This document shows positions 39,591 to 53,931 of a stretch of 64,000 nt of DNA, piece after piece. A model generated the notes under the pieces. The model was not told where the DNA came from. It ran no database searches and was given only the letters and a program-made list of their open reading frames with translations. Positions within the stretch are counted from its first letter, which is position 1; each line of letters starts with the position of its first letter. Both the position numbers and the translations under genes were made by a program. The DNA is from Mobula hypostoma (taxonomy: Eukaryota), in NCBI RefSeq assembly GCF_963921235.1, contig NC_086108.1, positions 91,142,001 through 91,206,000 of the forward strand. Direction: 5' to 3'.

Positions 39591-42500
39591 ATTAGACAGT
39601 TATATTGGTTGTTTTGTACTGACATTGAAGCAAGACTGAGACATTGGTAATTCTGATTTTATATTTGTGACAATCCCATAGTTTTATGATGGAGATGTAT
39701 TTGAATTTCAATTCCCTAGCTGCCTTGGTAGGATTGGAAATCCTGCCTGGATCAATTGTAAAAGCTCTTGGAGACTCATGCAGTAACTTCTGCAGTACTC
39801 AAAGCTATGTCAATCTATCATTTTGCTAACAACTTCTAGTACTTTCTATGGATTTGTTGTTACAATATTGAATCATGTCCACTTCAGTACATGGATGTTC
39901 ACCCTCTTGTACTGTCTTCTTTCCGCCAGGAATTATTTTGCTTTGAAGAGAAACAAGTATGCCATTAAACAGATATTGTGTGATTTTTTTTTCATCATTT
40001 TCTCCCAGAACTTAGACCTTTTAAATTATGACGTTTTAGAGTAGAGAGGAAAAGTGCAATATGATTAGGTAGGTGAGAGATAATGTGACCTCCGGGAATA
40101 TTTCCAATCAGATCTGGCAAGACTGAGACAGCATAGTGGTGCTTCAGTGATTCCAATGATGTGGCTGTGAGAACTCGTTCTGACAGCCCGTTCCAACTGT
40201 TCAACCTCTCCCTGCTAATCATTTCTTTTCTGTAGCCTCCACAACTCTATATACATTTTCTTCCCAAGGATATGCTAGAAACACGTCTTTAGCCATTTAA
40301 GAAAAAATTTCATAGAAATCATAATAAACAAAAACATTTAATTGTCTTTCAAACCAATCTGCTTTTCATAATTTAACTTCCCATTTTTAATTTTTATGTG
40401 TGCTTTGTAGTCTTTGCTTCAGAAGAATCAGACTCTGTTGCTATAGTAACAGTCTAGCTGACAATAAGTAACTACCATAATATTGCTATCTTCTGACTTA
40501 AGGATGTTTAAAAAAAAGAAGCAACTTTTAATTTCAGTACAAACTAGTAGAAAGAGTTGCATGGACAGTAAGCTTTGTGCAAACAAAAGAAAAGCATAGG
40601 CTTCATACTAGAGTTAATAATTATGTTTTGCTTTAACCAATTACAGTTAAAATTCAGCTTTGAGTCTTTTGTGAAAAATGGCCCTTATAGTACTGGAACA
40701 TTCACTGTTAAACTTCTCTGCATGTTATTTTTAAGAACTGACCCAACACTTTGTTATGTACAGTAGTTATCTCATAAGAGTTCCAGATTGCATTTGTTCT
40801 ATAGTATTTTATATGAAAGAAATGTAGATTAGTAGCAATGCTAATGTAATTTCTGAACTGTTATAAAGCCAGATCAACTGCAGCTGCTAACTTCAATTAT
40901 ACTTATGAATTGCAACTTAATTTACCAAAATAGTTGGTGCTAAAAGCAAGGTTTTTAATCAGACCTGATTGTATAATTTGTGTTGATGTTCTCTGAGTGT
41001 ATTAATTAGACTGAGTCAAAAAAGCAAAAGCTGCAATATAAGTAAAAGCAGTGTTCGACCTTTTTCTTGTATCGGTATACGTGGACAAACTCTGATCCTT
41101 TTGAACAGGAGAGTTTTGTGGTAGCAGTGACAGTCTGCAAGAGGAGCTTGGAGGTTTAATATCCATGAGACTATAAGATCTAGGAGCAGAATTGGGCCAT
41201 TTGGCCCATCGCGACTACTCCACTATTCTATCATAACTGATTTATTATCTCTCTCAACCTTATTTTCCTGCCTTCTTACTAATCATGAACCTATTAATCT
41301 CTGCTTTAAATAAACCCAGGACTTGGCCTCCACAGCCATCTGTAGCAATGAATTCCACAGAATCGCCACCCTGAGTATGTCTGCAGGAAAATTGCTGAGG
41401 ATGCCCACAGAAAATTGAATCTCAGGGTTGTATATAGTGATATTTATGTACTTTCATAATAAAATTTACTTTGAACTTTGAACTCTGGCTAAAGAAATTT
41501 CTCCTTATCTCTGTTCTAAAGGGATAGGCTGTATGTTCTGTCCTTCTGTTTAGCTGAGCTCATGCAAGTGGGAAGGGAAGTTTGCAGAACTAAAAGATGT
41601 TTGGTTGAAATTGGTGTTGCGTAGATTATTTGGATCATGAAGTTGCGCTTTTGCTGAATCTGCTGCTGCAGGACTTAATTCCAAGCGAGTTGGACAAAGA
41701 ATTAGGACTCCCTTTGAGTTCAAGATCAAAAGTAAGAAATTGATTAGCACCGAAATCTGTAAGGAGGTCAGAAAAGCTCTGAAAACCCAGAATTAGACAA
41801 GATTTGAAATTGCTTATTTGAGAGAGAGAGAGATGTGAACCATGAATGGAGATAGGTTACTTGGCCCTCACTGTTGCAATTATACAAAAATAACAGTTGA
41901 TTTTTTTCTTTAAAAAAGCAAAGCAGTTTCTCGAATTTGATTCACACGGGAGGTGCAACAAACATTCTTTATCTTTACTTAATCTTTTTGGGAATTATGT
42001 GGTTGTGCTTTTTAAAGTCAATTTTTATTAAATTCAAATTGTAGGCCTGTTTGCAATTAATTCAGATTAACTGTGGAATGAACCAGTCATATAATAACTG
42101 TTAAAAGGGGTGAGTTAAAATCCAATAAATTACTAGCTTGGCAGCATAATTCGTTATGTTATCGGCTGACTATCAGTCTCTGCTAAGGCCTGAAATCATG
42201 CTGTCCTGGAAACCAAGGGATTAATCTTACTTTTATCTTCAAGTGCTCAATGACAAGGAGGAATGGAGATCAAAGAAAGGGTTACTTGCACCTGCAGCTA
42301 AACCATAATTGACATTGCTGGCAGCAGCAGGTCAAACTGCTTCATGCTCTTGCCTGAAGAAGGCTGTCTGAAATGAAAGTGAGCAATTTTGGTGGAGGTG
42401 GAATTATTAAGAAAGAAAGAAAGGATGCATTTATATTGTTCCTTTGACATCACCTTCAAGAAGATTCAAAGTGTTTTTGGCCAGATAAATAGCAGTATAG

Positions 42501-42621
42501 TCATTGTCCAATGTTAGAAACATGCCAGCCAATTTTCACACAGCAAACTCCCAGGAAAGTCAGTGAGATAAAGACTGGTAACTCATTTTGTGTATCATGG
42601 AATAAAATACCAGATAGTCAC

Positions 42622-45600
42622 TGTTATATATTTAATATTTCAGAAATAGTAAAGTAATAATATAAATATATTTTTGAATAAACATTCTTTCTTGTTTACA
42701 TAATTCATTATTATGTAAGAAGTACGTGAATGGCAAACGTGATCACAGCAGAACGGCATGAGTGAGCACCTCACGAAGTAAAAATGAAGTTTACACCCCT
42801 CTCCCAGGCTCCCTTGTTTTTCTTTCAACTGATTTTATGCTTTGGAGTTACAAAACCTAGCAGAGGTGTGAGGAAGTTTTAAAATGAACCCCAGTTGAAG
42901 CACAGCAAGACATTGAAGTTAAAGAAAGTCACAGCTCATTTTTTTTTCCTTTGGAACAGCGCAGGAATGGACAGTGAGTCATGAGTGATAATAATAATAA
43001 TAATAAATAAATAAAGTAGTAATGGCTGTCTACATCAGAAAGACAGATACATTTGATTACCAAATAGATAATTAGATACTGTATACAGAGCAAATTGAGC
43101 AGTAGTTTGAAGCAAATGAAATAAAGCGAGTGCAGCATTGCTCAGTGTGCTAGGTGCAAGAACATGCCGTTTTCTTAGAGGTTTAACTGCTCTAACCAAA
43201 CCAGCTGAAATGAGCTGTGCTGACTTTGGTGAAAGTAATGCAGGAACATTTGGAACCAAAACCATTGTTGACTGCATAATACTTTAGGTTTCATAAGTGG
43301 AATCAAAAGGAAGGGGATTCCATTTCAGCATACGTGGCTGAATTGAAGAAATTGTCTGAGCATTGTCAGTTAAGTGTTGGGATTAATAATGCACCAAGAG
43401 ATCATTCAGTTTGTGGAATCTTACAAGAAAGCATTCAAAAATGGCTCCTGGCTGAAGCACAGCTTACATTTAAAAGAGCAGTTGAAATCACTGTATGAAT
43501 AGAAGCAGCTGACATAATTGAGTTGCAGTCAGGAATGAAAGTGAACGTGAACAAAGTTGCAACATCTAAACAGGAACCAGCCTTGCAATCAAGTTAAGTT
43601 ATGATTTTAGCCGGGGTTCACATACACACACCAATGCAGATTTCAAGGTGAAACTTACAGAAAACGCAACAAAGTAGGGCACATCCAAAGTGAATGTCGG
43701 GCAGACAAAAATAAATGGACTGCACTGGGAAGAGAAAAAGATAAAAAGTAAGTTTCAGTTTCAAATAGAGCACTAATCTGCTTGCTGCTGATAAAAAAAA
43801 TCTGATAATGATAAGAGTGACACAGGACTGACTAGCCTTGAGATTTACATTGTGAAAACCGACAAGAGACAGACAATATGGCTTTCACCAGAAGTGAATG
43901 CAAATTAATTAAAATGAAATTGGACATTGGCTTAACTGTTTCATTTATTCCACAAAATGAATTTGAACAGCATTTCAAAGGTACTGAGCTGAAGCCTACA
44001 GCTATCCAACTAAGAACTTATTCTGGAGAAAAGTTTCCTGTGGGAACTACATTTGTAACAGTGAAATACGACAACCAAGAAGCTACATTGAGATTGTATG
44101 TGGTGAAAACTGGAGGTCCAGTGTTGTGGGGGCATGATTGGATGAGACAAATACAGCTTGATTGCAGACCTATCCACCATTTGTATGCCACATCTCCTGC
44201 AATAGAGTCAACTGACAACAAATTAAGAAAGGTACTAGATATTGCCACAGCAGTGTTTAAGAATGGCATTGGAAAACTCAAACATATCAAGGGTAAAAAA
44301 GTGTTAAGTGAAAATGATACACCTAAGTTTTACAAAGCCCGTCTGGTTCATTATCCTGTGACAAAGTAGCCGACGATGAGATCGCATGGAGGCTGAAGGA
44401 ATTCCGTCTGAGGTTGATTGGAGCAATGCAAGTTGTCCCAGTAGCCAAGATAAATGAGTCTATCAGGATCTTTGGTGATTTTAAGGTCACTATCAACTCA
44501 GTGCTGAATGTAGATCCTCTGCCCAATATAGAGGATTTCTGGAAAGGTCTTTGCAAACCTTTCCAGAAGGAAACACCTCAACAAAGTGGACTTAACTGTG
44601 GCTTATCCACAGATGGAGATAGAAGAAAAGTCTGAAGTGTTTCTCATCATAAATACTCACAAAGGGTTTTATCACTATAATATGCATATTTGTGGGGTAG
44701 CATCAGCACCTTCTGTCACAACCACGGATTCGGCTGTGCAGTAGATACGGCAATTGCGCTTGTGAATTTGCATGTGTCAGCTAACTGTTATTTAATCGTG
44801 ATAGTATTTAACTCCATACTTGTCGTCGTAGTGCTTGTCGAGACTTGGACAGAGCACAGCAACACTTCACTGCCTGTTTGCTTTCGGCCTTCCCTGAGGA
44901 ATTGGACTTTCAAGTCAACTGACGCTGACGCGGTATTCATTTAATGTTTAGATTTTCTTTTCAGCTGCAGTGTAGGGTTCGTTTCCCATTTGAGAGTTTA
45001 ATGGACCCATTTAACCTAGCATTTATTGTTTATTTTCCCTTTAACACTGTTCACATTAACGTTTGTGAACTATCGACCTGCTTCAGTGTCTCTCACTCCA
45101 CACCTGGGCCATATCCGAACCTGGTAACTCTGTCACTCTGGCAGAAAGCGAAGGACCAGGTGCTGCAAGGCTGCCCAGGTCCTCAGTGTTACCTGGATGA
45201 CTTCATTTTACCAGTGAGGGTGACTATGAGCATCTCCAAAATCTCAAGACAGTGTTGACAAGATCATAAGATTATAAGCTCAGGGCTCAATGCAAGGAGC
45301 ATGAATTCTTTAAACCAAGTATCATTTACTGTGGGCACGCCGTTGATGCACAGGATTATATAAGTAACTGAAAAAATCCAAGGCAAGGTGGATGCCCCAA
45401 GGCCAAAACATGTCACAATGGTGGTGCTTTTTAGGATTTGTCAATTACTATAACAAATTCCTGCCAAACCGGGCTGCTGTGCTCCACCCCTTGAACTCAT
45501 TACTACAGATTGGGAAGAACTGGCAATGGACAAAGCAGTGTGAGATGGCTTTCCAAAAGACAAAGGAAATAGTGATGTCGGACACTTTACTCACACATTC

Positions 45601-46521
45601 TGATCCACATCATTTAGTAAAGCTTGCCTGTGATGCCTTGCCTTATAGCAATCATGTCAAATGTTATCAATGATGGAAGTGAACGCCCCATAGTCTTTGC
45701 ATCACTTTCCCTTTCTGCTGCCAAGACAAATTATATACTGACTGACAGACTGAGTTTGATTTCAACCAATACTCCTATTGGAGAGGGTTTACCCTCATTA
45801 CTGATCATCAACCACTAGTGTGCATTTTCAATCTACAGAAGGGAGTTCCGCTAACAGCAGCAGCCTAAATGCTCTGTTTTTTTTGGAGTACACAATTACA
45901 AGAGGACAACTAATGATGGAACTTGTTCTTGATGGAGATTGCCCTATGTGGGGATTGAGAATTGTTGTACCATACAATCTGAGAGCTAAAGTGTTGGAGG
46001 AGCTACATGATGATCATCTAGCATGGCCAAAATGAAAACATTGGCTCAGAGCTTTGTCTGATGGCCTGAGAGAGATTAGCAGATCGAGTACCTTGGTAAG
46101 CACCATTCAGGATGTCATGTCCAGTGCTGTCATAACTATTTCTGGGAGTCCCAGAGTCCATTTCTACAACAACCACAGCGGAGGCTGCAGAACCTGAGAT
46201 TGTTTCACATCCACAAGTCTCCAAGCAGAGTGATCCCCCTTGTCAGGAAAGACATCCCACAAGAGTAAATTCTACGATGTCTATTTAATATTTGAGTAAT
46301 ATTTCAGTAATATTATAAATATATTCTTTGATCAAGCATTCTTTTTTTATTTACATAATTCAGTACGGGTTATATATATGAAGTATGTAAATGGCATACG
46401 TCTCACGCCACGTCATAAATGAGCACCCCACTTAAAGTAAAAATGAAGTTTACATGCATCTCTCGGGCTCCCTTGTTTTTCTTTCAATTAATTTTATGTT
46501 TTGAAGTTACAATACATAACA
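42622..46521 (+). mobile_element. Old, degenerate Gypsy LTR retrotransposon
   Basis: Diverged direct LTRs ~42622-42857 and ~46275-46521; gag, protease (KLDIG, LRTYSGE), RT (IRIFGDFKVTIN, YLDD), RNase H (FLGFVNYYNKF, LACDA) and integrase remnant (VLEELH). Confidence 0.85.
44720..45128. mobile_element. ~410-bp insertion (possible solo LTR) splitting the Gypsy RT
   Basis: Interrupts GVASAP|ALWQKA.DQVL; bounded by the 8-bp direct repeat tctgtcac at 44712-44719 and 45129-45136. Confidence 0.65.
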
Positions 46522-47744
46522 AAAGGGCAATTCCTCCGCCCCTCATGCTGGAGGAAGTCAGCCAATGTTTTGGGCCAAGTCCCTTCATCGGGACTCATGA
46601 CTTGAAATCCTGATGAAGGGTGTTAGCTGTAACGTCTTCTCTTCATTCCTCCCCATGGATGTTGCCTGACCCGCTGAGTTTCTTCTGCATATTGTGTGTG
46701 TTACTCTGGATTTCCAGAATCTCCTGTGTTTATAATTCCTCCACCCTACTTTGAAATATCTCTTATGTGATTTTTAAACCTATCAGAGAAAGGAGAAGTG
46801 CCTCGATTTAACATCTCTTTCAAACGGTAACACCTTTGACAGTGCTGCATCTCTCCCACACCACACTTTGTGGTTCGGCTTAGATTTTGGCATCCAAATC
46901 TTTAGATTTGTGGTTTGAATGCTGAGGGCCGTGGTGATGGTATTTTAAAATGTGCCACAGCTGTCGTGATCCTTCAGTGTTTTCTTATTTTCTTGTGATT
47001 GTGATTAACATTCTCAAGCAGTTAAATAAATAATTTAAAACAAAGTATTTCATCTTCCACCAAGCTAAGACTCTGCTAATGAAATACTCTGCTGAATTCA
47101 CAGTGTCTTGGCAGCATGTTTCTCATTACTTGGAACCAGATGATCCAGAACAATGTCAAGTATTTCAGAATCAGGACAGCAGTGAATTATACCAACCTGT
47201 TCGAATTTGTGAATCAAAAATTGGCCCTTTACTCTTTATAGAAGCCAAAGCATCAGAATTGCTCTGCCCCAATTTAGAGTTGGGAGGGGGGAGAAAAACC
47301 TCCTTTATGTAGTTTTAATTGAAGTTCATGCATGAGGGAATCTCAGATAAAAATCACATTAATGTCATCTTAACACATGATTTGAAGCACGTATTTTCAG
47401 AAGGTCCAACCTTGAATCTATAAAACTGTTACAGGTTATCTATTTTGGCTATATCTGCAGTTTGCAGTGAAAGCATCTTCACTGTAATACAACAGCTGTG
47501 ATTCTTACATTGTCTAATACGAACACACAAAGCCAGTGAAAACTCATCTTGACCTGGAGAGGTCAGGTTTTGCTTGCACATTAAGAATTCTGGCATTTGG
47601 CTAACAAGTGAGACTCTTATAATCAAAAGAGATTTTCCTAGTGAAAACATATTCTGTGCTTCTGTTGTATGATTATGGGAAACAATTACTAGCGATGCCA
47701 TTGCACCTATGGTACAAGTTTTCTTTTTCATTTTCTCTCACATC

Positions 47745-48215
47745 ACACCAGCGGATAGTGAGGTCAGCTGAGAAGATCATCAGAGTGTCTCTTCCCGCCA
47801 TGAAAGATCCCATGCACCCCTCATACAAACTCTTCTTCCTCCTGCCTTCTGGCAAAAGGGTCCGAAGCATTTGGGCTCTCACGACCAGACTATGTAACAG
47901 TTTCCTCCCCCAAACCGTCAGACTCTCAATACCCAGAGACTGGACTGACACCAACCTACTGCCCTCTACTGTGCCTATTGTCTTGTTTATTATTTGTTGC
48001 AATGCCTGCACTGTCTTGAGCACTTTATGCAGTCCTGGGTAGGTCTGTAGTCCAGTGTAGTTTTTTGTGTTGTATTACGTAGTTCAGTGTAGTTTTTGTA
48101 TTGTTTCATGTAGCACCATGGTCCTGAAAAATGTTGTCTCGTTTTTACTGTGTACTGTACCAGCAGTTATGGTCGAAGTGACAATAAAAAATGACTTTAC
48201 TTGACTTGACTTGAC
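47745..48215 (+). mobile_element. Rex1-type LINE 3' end
   Basis: QRIVRSAEKII..HPSYKLFFLLPSGKR..TTRLCNSF; (tgact)n tail. Confidence 0.85.
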
Positions 48216-50499
48216 TACAAATACTCATCTTGACATCCAGATATAGTTTTATAGCTGGCTGTAAGTTAAATAAAAATTATTTACCAGAAGAATCTTTGTA
48301 AGGACAAAAATACACCATCATATTTATTATTAATATATAGTAACTATGGTATAAAGTTGAGACCTTGGGCATTTCCATTATTTTTATCCCCTTTCAATTC
48401 TATTTGCTGGTTTTACACAAGACATATGGCCAATTAATTTTATTGTTTGAAGATATAGTCAATCCAGCTCAGAAATATACTAAGCACTGTGTCTGGTACA
48501 CAATAAATTGTGACGTACAAATTGTATTGATTCCAAAGCAACTGATTTCTTAAAAGTTGCATCAGTTTAAAAGTGTTGCTATATTTATGGAGCTGGCTTA
48601 ATGACATTCTTTTTGTTCACTCAATCAAGTGCAAAAGAATCTTCACACTCTACAAAATGATCCCTTTTAAAGCAAGCCATTTTCCAAGTGTGTTCAGATT
48701 TCTTTTGTTTACAGAAGCTTTAACCTTGATAGCTAGTACATTTAACACAAAAATTTTATCTGCCTGTAATGTTATCTATCTTAGTTTCTATCTCTCTCTC
48801 TCTCTGAGCTACTGGAAAATAGTAATTCAAACTTACAGCGGGGTACTTAATTAAATCAAAGTTTGGTATCAAGACATAATTCTTTATGCTGTAGTTTTCT
48901 GTACAGACACTGGCAGTTCTGCACTGAAAAAAAATGCTGCAGGGCACAATTCTTAAAGTGGTAGCCAATGTCACACATCCAAAATATCTTCCCTCCCTCT
49001 TATAATGATGAAAAAGCAAGAAAAATAGCCTATAATATCTCTCCCGTCTGTCTTACCTTCACATGGATTTGTTCATAATATTGGTGAGTTCACAGTCAAC
49101 ATCCCAGATTTGGTCCCAGTTGCTGAGGTTTTCCCTTAGCCCGTTGTTGAGCTTTGGGCTTCTCACTGTGCAGGGTTATCAGTTCATTCTCCAGTATCTC
49201 TGCATCTGCTTCCATAAAAAAGCCCCTTTGTTGGACTTTCTGAGCTGGCGCTGGCTCTTCTGATATTGAATGCTCTCCTGAATCTATACAATCTCAGATA
49301 AGCATGTATTGAGCCACCACTTTCTCCTATCAAGTCTGATGCAAGCTTCATGTTCATTATATCTGTAATCCTTAGTACCATAATAGCATAAGAACAGAAG
49401 TAAACCATTCAGCCCATCAGGTCTGTTCCACCATTGCATCATGAATTACTTATTATTATCTCAACCCTAGTCTGCTGCCTTCTCACTATAACTTTTGATG
49501 CCCTTACCATTCAAGAACCTATCATCCTCCACTTTAAATATACCCGATGACTTGGCCTCCATGGCTATCTGCAGCAATGAATGCTCCACCCTCTGCCTAA
49601 GGGCTAGTAGGTATTTTGTATCTCTGTTATAACGGTGAGTCTGTCATTGAGTCATGCAATCACACAGCTTTCACCCTTTGGTCATTGTGCCTTCACCCAT
49701 TTACACAAAGCCCATTTTTTCCCCTACACACATGAGTTAGGGTTAGGAAGTTGTGGGTGTTCTCTGTTGGCACTGGAAGTGTGGGCAGCTCCCGCACATC
49801 TCAGACTGTATTGTTCATTGACACAAGCTACGCATTTCACTATGATGTGACATTTTGATGCATGTGTGACAAATAAAGCTAACTTTTCTTTTATCTTTAT
49901 CTCCTATGTGTTTGTGATGTGGGAGGAAACTGAGGTACCCAGTAGAAGCATATGCAATCACAGGGAGTACATATAGACTCCACATAGGCAGCATGAGATT
50001 GGGATTAAACCAAGATTGTTGGAGTTGTTAGGCCACAGCTCCATGACTTTTGTTGTTATAGATTTTCTTTTGTGCTTTCTTTTAACTGCATTTCTGTTAT
50101 TGGGAGTTGAGTTCTGACGTTGCGACCAAAAAACATTCTCTCATCGTTCCTTGACTTGGAATACTGTAGAGGTCTAGAATGACCATAGGACCATAAGATA
50201 TAAGAACAGAATTAGGCTATTTGACCCATCAAGTCTACTCCACCATTTCATTATGGCTGACCCATTTTTCCTATCAGCCCCAATTTTCAGCCTTCTCCCT
50301 GTATCCCTTCATCAACCTCTGTCTTAAATGCTCAAATAGGGGACTGAATTACTCATATCAGAAGCTGTATTGTCTCTTTTTGTCTGACAACCTCATTCTC
50401 CTGTATCAACGATGAAAGATGGAAATGCATCTTACTATACTGATGCTCAAATCCAAGATACCTCTCATGTTTTTGAGATGAATTTAGTTCAACATGTCA

Positions 50500-51180
50500 T
50501 AAACATGAGAGATTCTGCAGATGGTAGAAGTCTTGAGAAACACACAGAAAATGCTGGAGGAACCCAGCAAGGAGGGCATTATCTATAGAGGGGAATAAAC
50601 AGTCAAGATTTGGGCTGAGACCCTCCATCAAGACTGGAAAGGAAAGGGGCGGAAGGTAGAAGAAGAATGTTGCGGGAGGGGCAGGAATACAAGCTGGTAG
50701 GTGATAGTGAGACCAGGTTAGGGAGAAGATGAGTAGGTTGGTGGGTGGGGAAATGAGTAAGTACATAGAAATTAGAACAATGCAGCACAGTACAGGCCCT
50801 TTGGCCCACAATATTATACCAACCTTATAACCTACTCTAAGATCAATCCAACACTTCCTTCCATTTTTTCTTTCATCGATGTGCCTATCTAATAGTCTCT
50901 TAAAGGAGCTGGTAGGTGATGTGAAAAGAGGTCAAGGGCTGAAGAAGAATGATTCTAATAGGACTATGGGACAAGAGCTGAAGAAGAATGATTCTAATAG
51001 GACTATGGGACAAAGTGAAGGAAGAGGGGAAGCAGAGGGATGTGATGGGAAGATGAAGAGAAAAGGGGTGGAGGGTAACCAGAATGGGGAATGGAAAAAG
51101 AGAGATGTGGGAAAGTGGTATTAATTGCTAGAATATCGAGAAATTGATGTTCAGGCCATCAGATTGGAGGGTGGATTCAA
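50500..51180 (-). mobile_element. Penelope-derived non-autonomous element with a nested repeat and a tandem duplication
   Basis: Same terminal sequence as 37980-38400; nested fragment ~50764-50900; 39-bp unit duplicated at 50938-51013. Confidence 0.65.
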
Positions 51181-53134
51181 CATGTCAGCCTCTTGATCGC
51201 CTTTGACAGGAGAGAACTGAATATTTACACTGTATATTTGTTTCCTCACAGGCGTTCTTTGCAATCGCAATGCAGGTTAAATGATCACAAGTGGCTTGTG
51301 AAAGCTGTTCAAATATACCATTCTCCCACATCTACTTGATGAAACCTTGCCAGGACAAGATTGGAGCAAGTAGCACCATCACAGCTTGTGTGGCATTTGT
51401 CCAACTTATGTGCTTAATTGGCTAACCATAGATCATTGCTCTAGCATCCAACTAACTAGGATGTCAGCCCCTTCTTATCATAAATGTAATCACAATGCAG
51501 ACTCTGCATTTGCTGAACTCCTGATTTATTTGAACATTTATTCATAAACGTCCAACCAATACCATTCCCTGTCCTTCATGATCAGCTCTCTGAGCGGTTC
51601 ATCCATCTTACTCAGATGGGATGGGAACTTGATAATCAGATAGTTGATAAATCCTGTTTTACTCCTGCAAATTCCATTAGATTCAACTTTTCCTTCTCCT
51701 TACCTACCGTGTCGGTTTCCTCCAGGTAATTAAGTGAATGTACAAACTTAGCAGTAGTTTTCTGTCATATTCCAAAAGATGTATGGATTTGGGTTAGTAA
51801 GTTGTGAGGTGCAATGTTGATGCCGTAAGCATGGCGACACTACGGGCTGTTCCCAGCCCAATCTTTGGACTGTGTTTGATGCAAAATGGCACATTTCATT
51901 GTATGTTTCAATAATCTGAAATACATGCAACAAATAGATCTAATATGTATTGAAGCTAATCTTTAGAGAAAAATGAAATAAGAAAAATAAAAAGTAAAAT
52001 AAGGAAATTAAAAAATCAAATGAAGCTAGGAGGAAAATAAAGAAGAAAAAAAAATAGTGAGTTCATTATGCAGTGACAGATATATCATTGACCCTGTTTC
52101 CACATCAGTGTAGGCAAGGAGCAGAGTTTTCAATGTTTGCTCACTTCAGCATGAGATTGGGAAAGGCAGAGGTTCACTTACACACCAGCAAGCACAGGCT
52201 ACTGATTCTACTCTGCCAATGTGACTTTAATGGATTGAAAAAGAAATGATATTTTTCCCTAGTCATTAAAGTGTTAATGACTTTTATCCTTAACCTTTCA
52301 CAAGACTTTGCAGAGTCATTTTCGCCTGAGAGTCTGGGCTTTGTTGCTCGTGGTGTATTTAATGAGTTTTTTTTTAAACTTTGTGCAACAATTAAATGAA
52401 ATGATGATAGCCGGAAAGGCTGTGGTCTACTGCCAGATGTGCTGGGCAGGAGCGACAGAAGTTGTGCATCATTAATTATTTATTATCAATTTAACAATCA
52501 GGTTGCTATACCAAGAAGTACCCACGTAAGATCTTTCTCAGATTTATAAGAATAATATCTCTGACTAAGTTTTTGACATTTAACCTACTTCTTTCTTCAT
52601 TTGGTTGGCATTCATTTTCTTTCTTCCTTGAGATGGCATCTGAGTTAAATGGAAAATACTATGCAGATTATAAACACAAGTGATTCTGAAGATGCTGGAA
52701 ATCCAGAATAACATATATAAAATGCTGGAAGTACTCAGTAGGTCAGGCCGTATCAATCGAGAGGATTATACAGTCGATGTCTCAGGCTGAGACCTTTCAT
52801 CAGATCAGACCTTCTGAGTTCCTCTAGCATTTTGTTGTGAAATTGTCCATCTGCTTCCTTTTGGGAGCTTACGTCCAGCTGGGCTGCTGTCGCCGACTTG
52901 TTATTGGAGTTTGCTTATTATTGTCACAGCTGCCAAGACGCAAACGGTTTTGTTTTATGGCCCATCCAGACAGATCACACCGTGTGAAATTTCATTGAGG
53001 TAGTAAAAAGAAAATGCGGAATGTAATGTTGCATTTGCAAAGCAAGTGCAGCAGCAGCCACTGTAGCTGAACGGCAATAAAGTTCAGAGACCCCAATGAG
53101 CTAGATTGGGAGGTCAAAAGTTCATATCAGAGTA

Positions 53135-53931
53135 CAGCCTTTCTCAACCTTTTTGCCCTGGAGGAACCCTTGAAATAATGTTCAGGTCTTGGGGAATCCC
53201 TATGTAAAATTTATTATATCTACAGCTCATGGTACGTTAGTGTGATCAGTAAGTTGTAGATTGAATAATCTAAAAATAATTGTCAATGCTCTTTTGAGTA
53301 GATAATGAATTTTTAGCTAGTCTTTCTTGAAAAAGATAGGTAGTTAAGCTTAGCTCTCCTTTCTTGAAATTAATCTCTTTCTTTCCCTTCCATAAATTTA
53401 AAAACTCATAAGGCTAACATAATAAATTGCTTTTAAATAACTGGCTTAAGCCAAAATGGGATTTAACCTCTTTAAAGGTAAGCTGAGTAGATTTAATTTA
53501 AATGAAGGTTGTAAATTGATTTTAATTAATGCTATTTACAACATGAAAATTTATTGACAATGTTGAATAGTAAAGTCACTAAAAGCCATAAGCTAAAGCA
53601 GTATGAATGAAAATATAGCCTAAGGCACTATTTTATATGCTCCTCATTGGCCTACTGTCCTTCCCTCCGTGCAACACAGTGCTCACCAATCATCAACAGC
53701 CTCCCCTATCTCACAACAAAAACTGAGAATGGACTCGACCAAATAAGCATGGTCTGACTGCACACAGCCATACTGGGCTGAGAGAACTCTTAACGAGATT
53801 GTTAATGGGGCTGCTCGGTCACGGCCACCACTGCGAGTGCTAGCATGACACTTCACGCGACGTTCAAATTATTTTAATCATGACCTCTCGCGGAACCCTA
53901 GGGATCCATGGAATCTGGCTGTGAAACCCTG
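53135..53931. mobile_element. hAT (Charlie-like) non-autonomous DNA transposon
   Basis: Ends cagcctttctcaacc and ggctgtgaaaccctg, subterminal ggaaccc motifs; degenerate 8-bp flanks tcagagta / ttatagtg. Confidence 0.7.

Noticed and set aside
41554..41730. Exon-like segment on + strand (tttag| ... |gtaaga)
   Set aside because: The frame continuing DPYD hits a stop, there is no DPYD similarity, and the acceptor borders a CR1 fragment.
47079..47312. 77-aa ORF in unique sequence
   Set aside because: No recognisable domain or splice support.
50938..51013. Direct repeat that could suggest an array
   Set aside because: Only two adjacent copies of a 39-bp unit inside a transposon; a simple tandem duplication, and CRISPR does not apply to this eukaryotic DNA.
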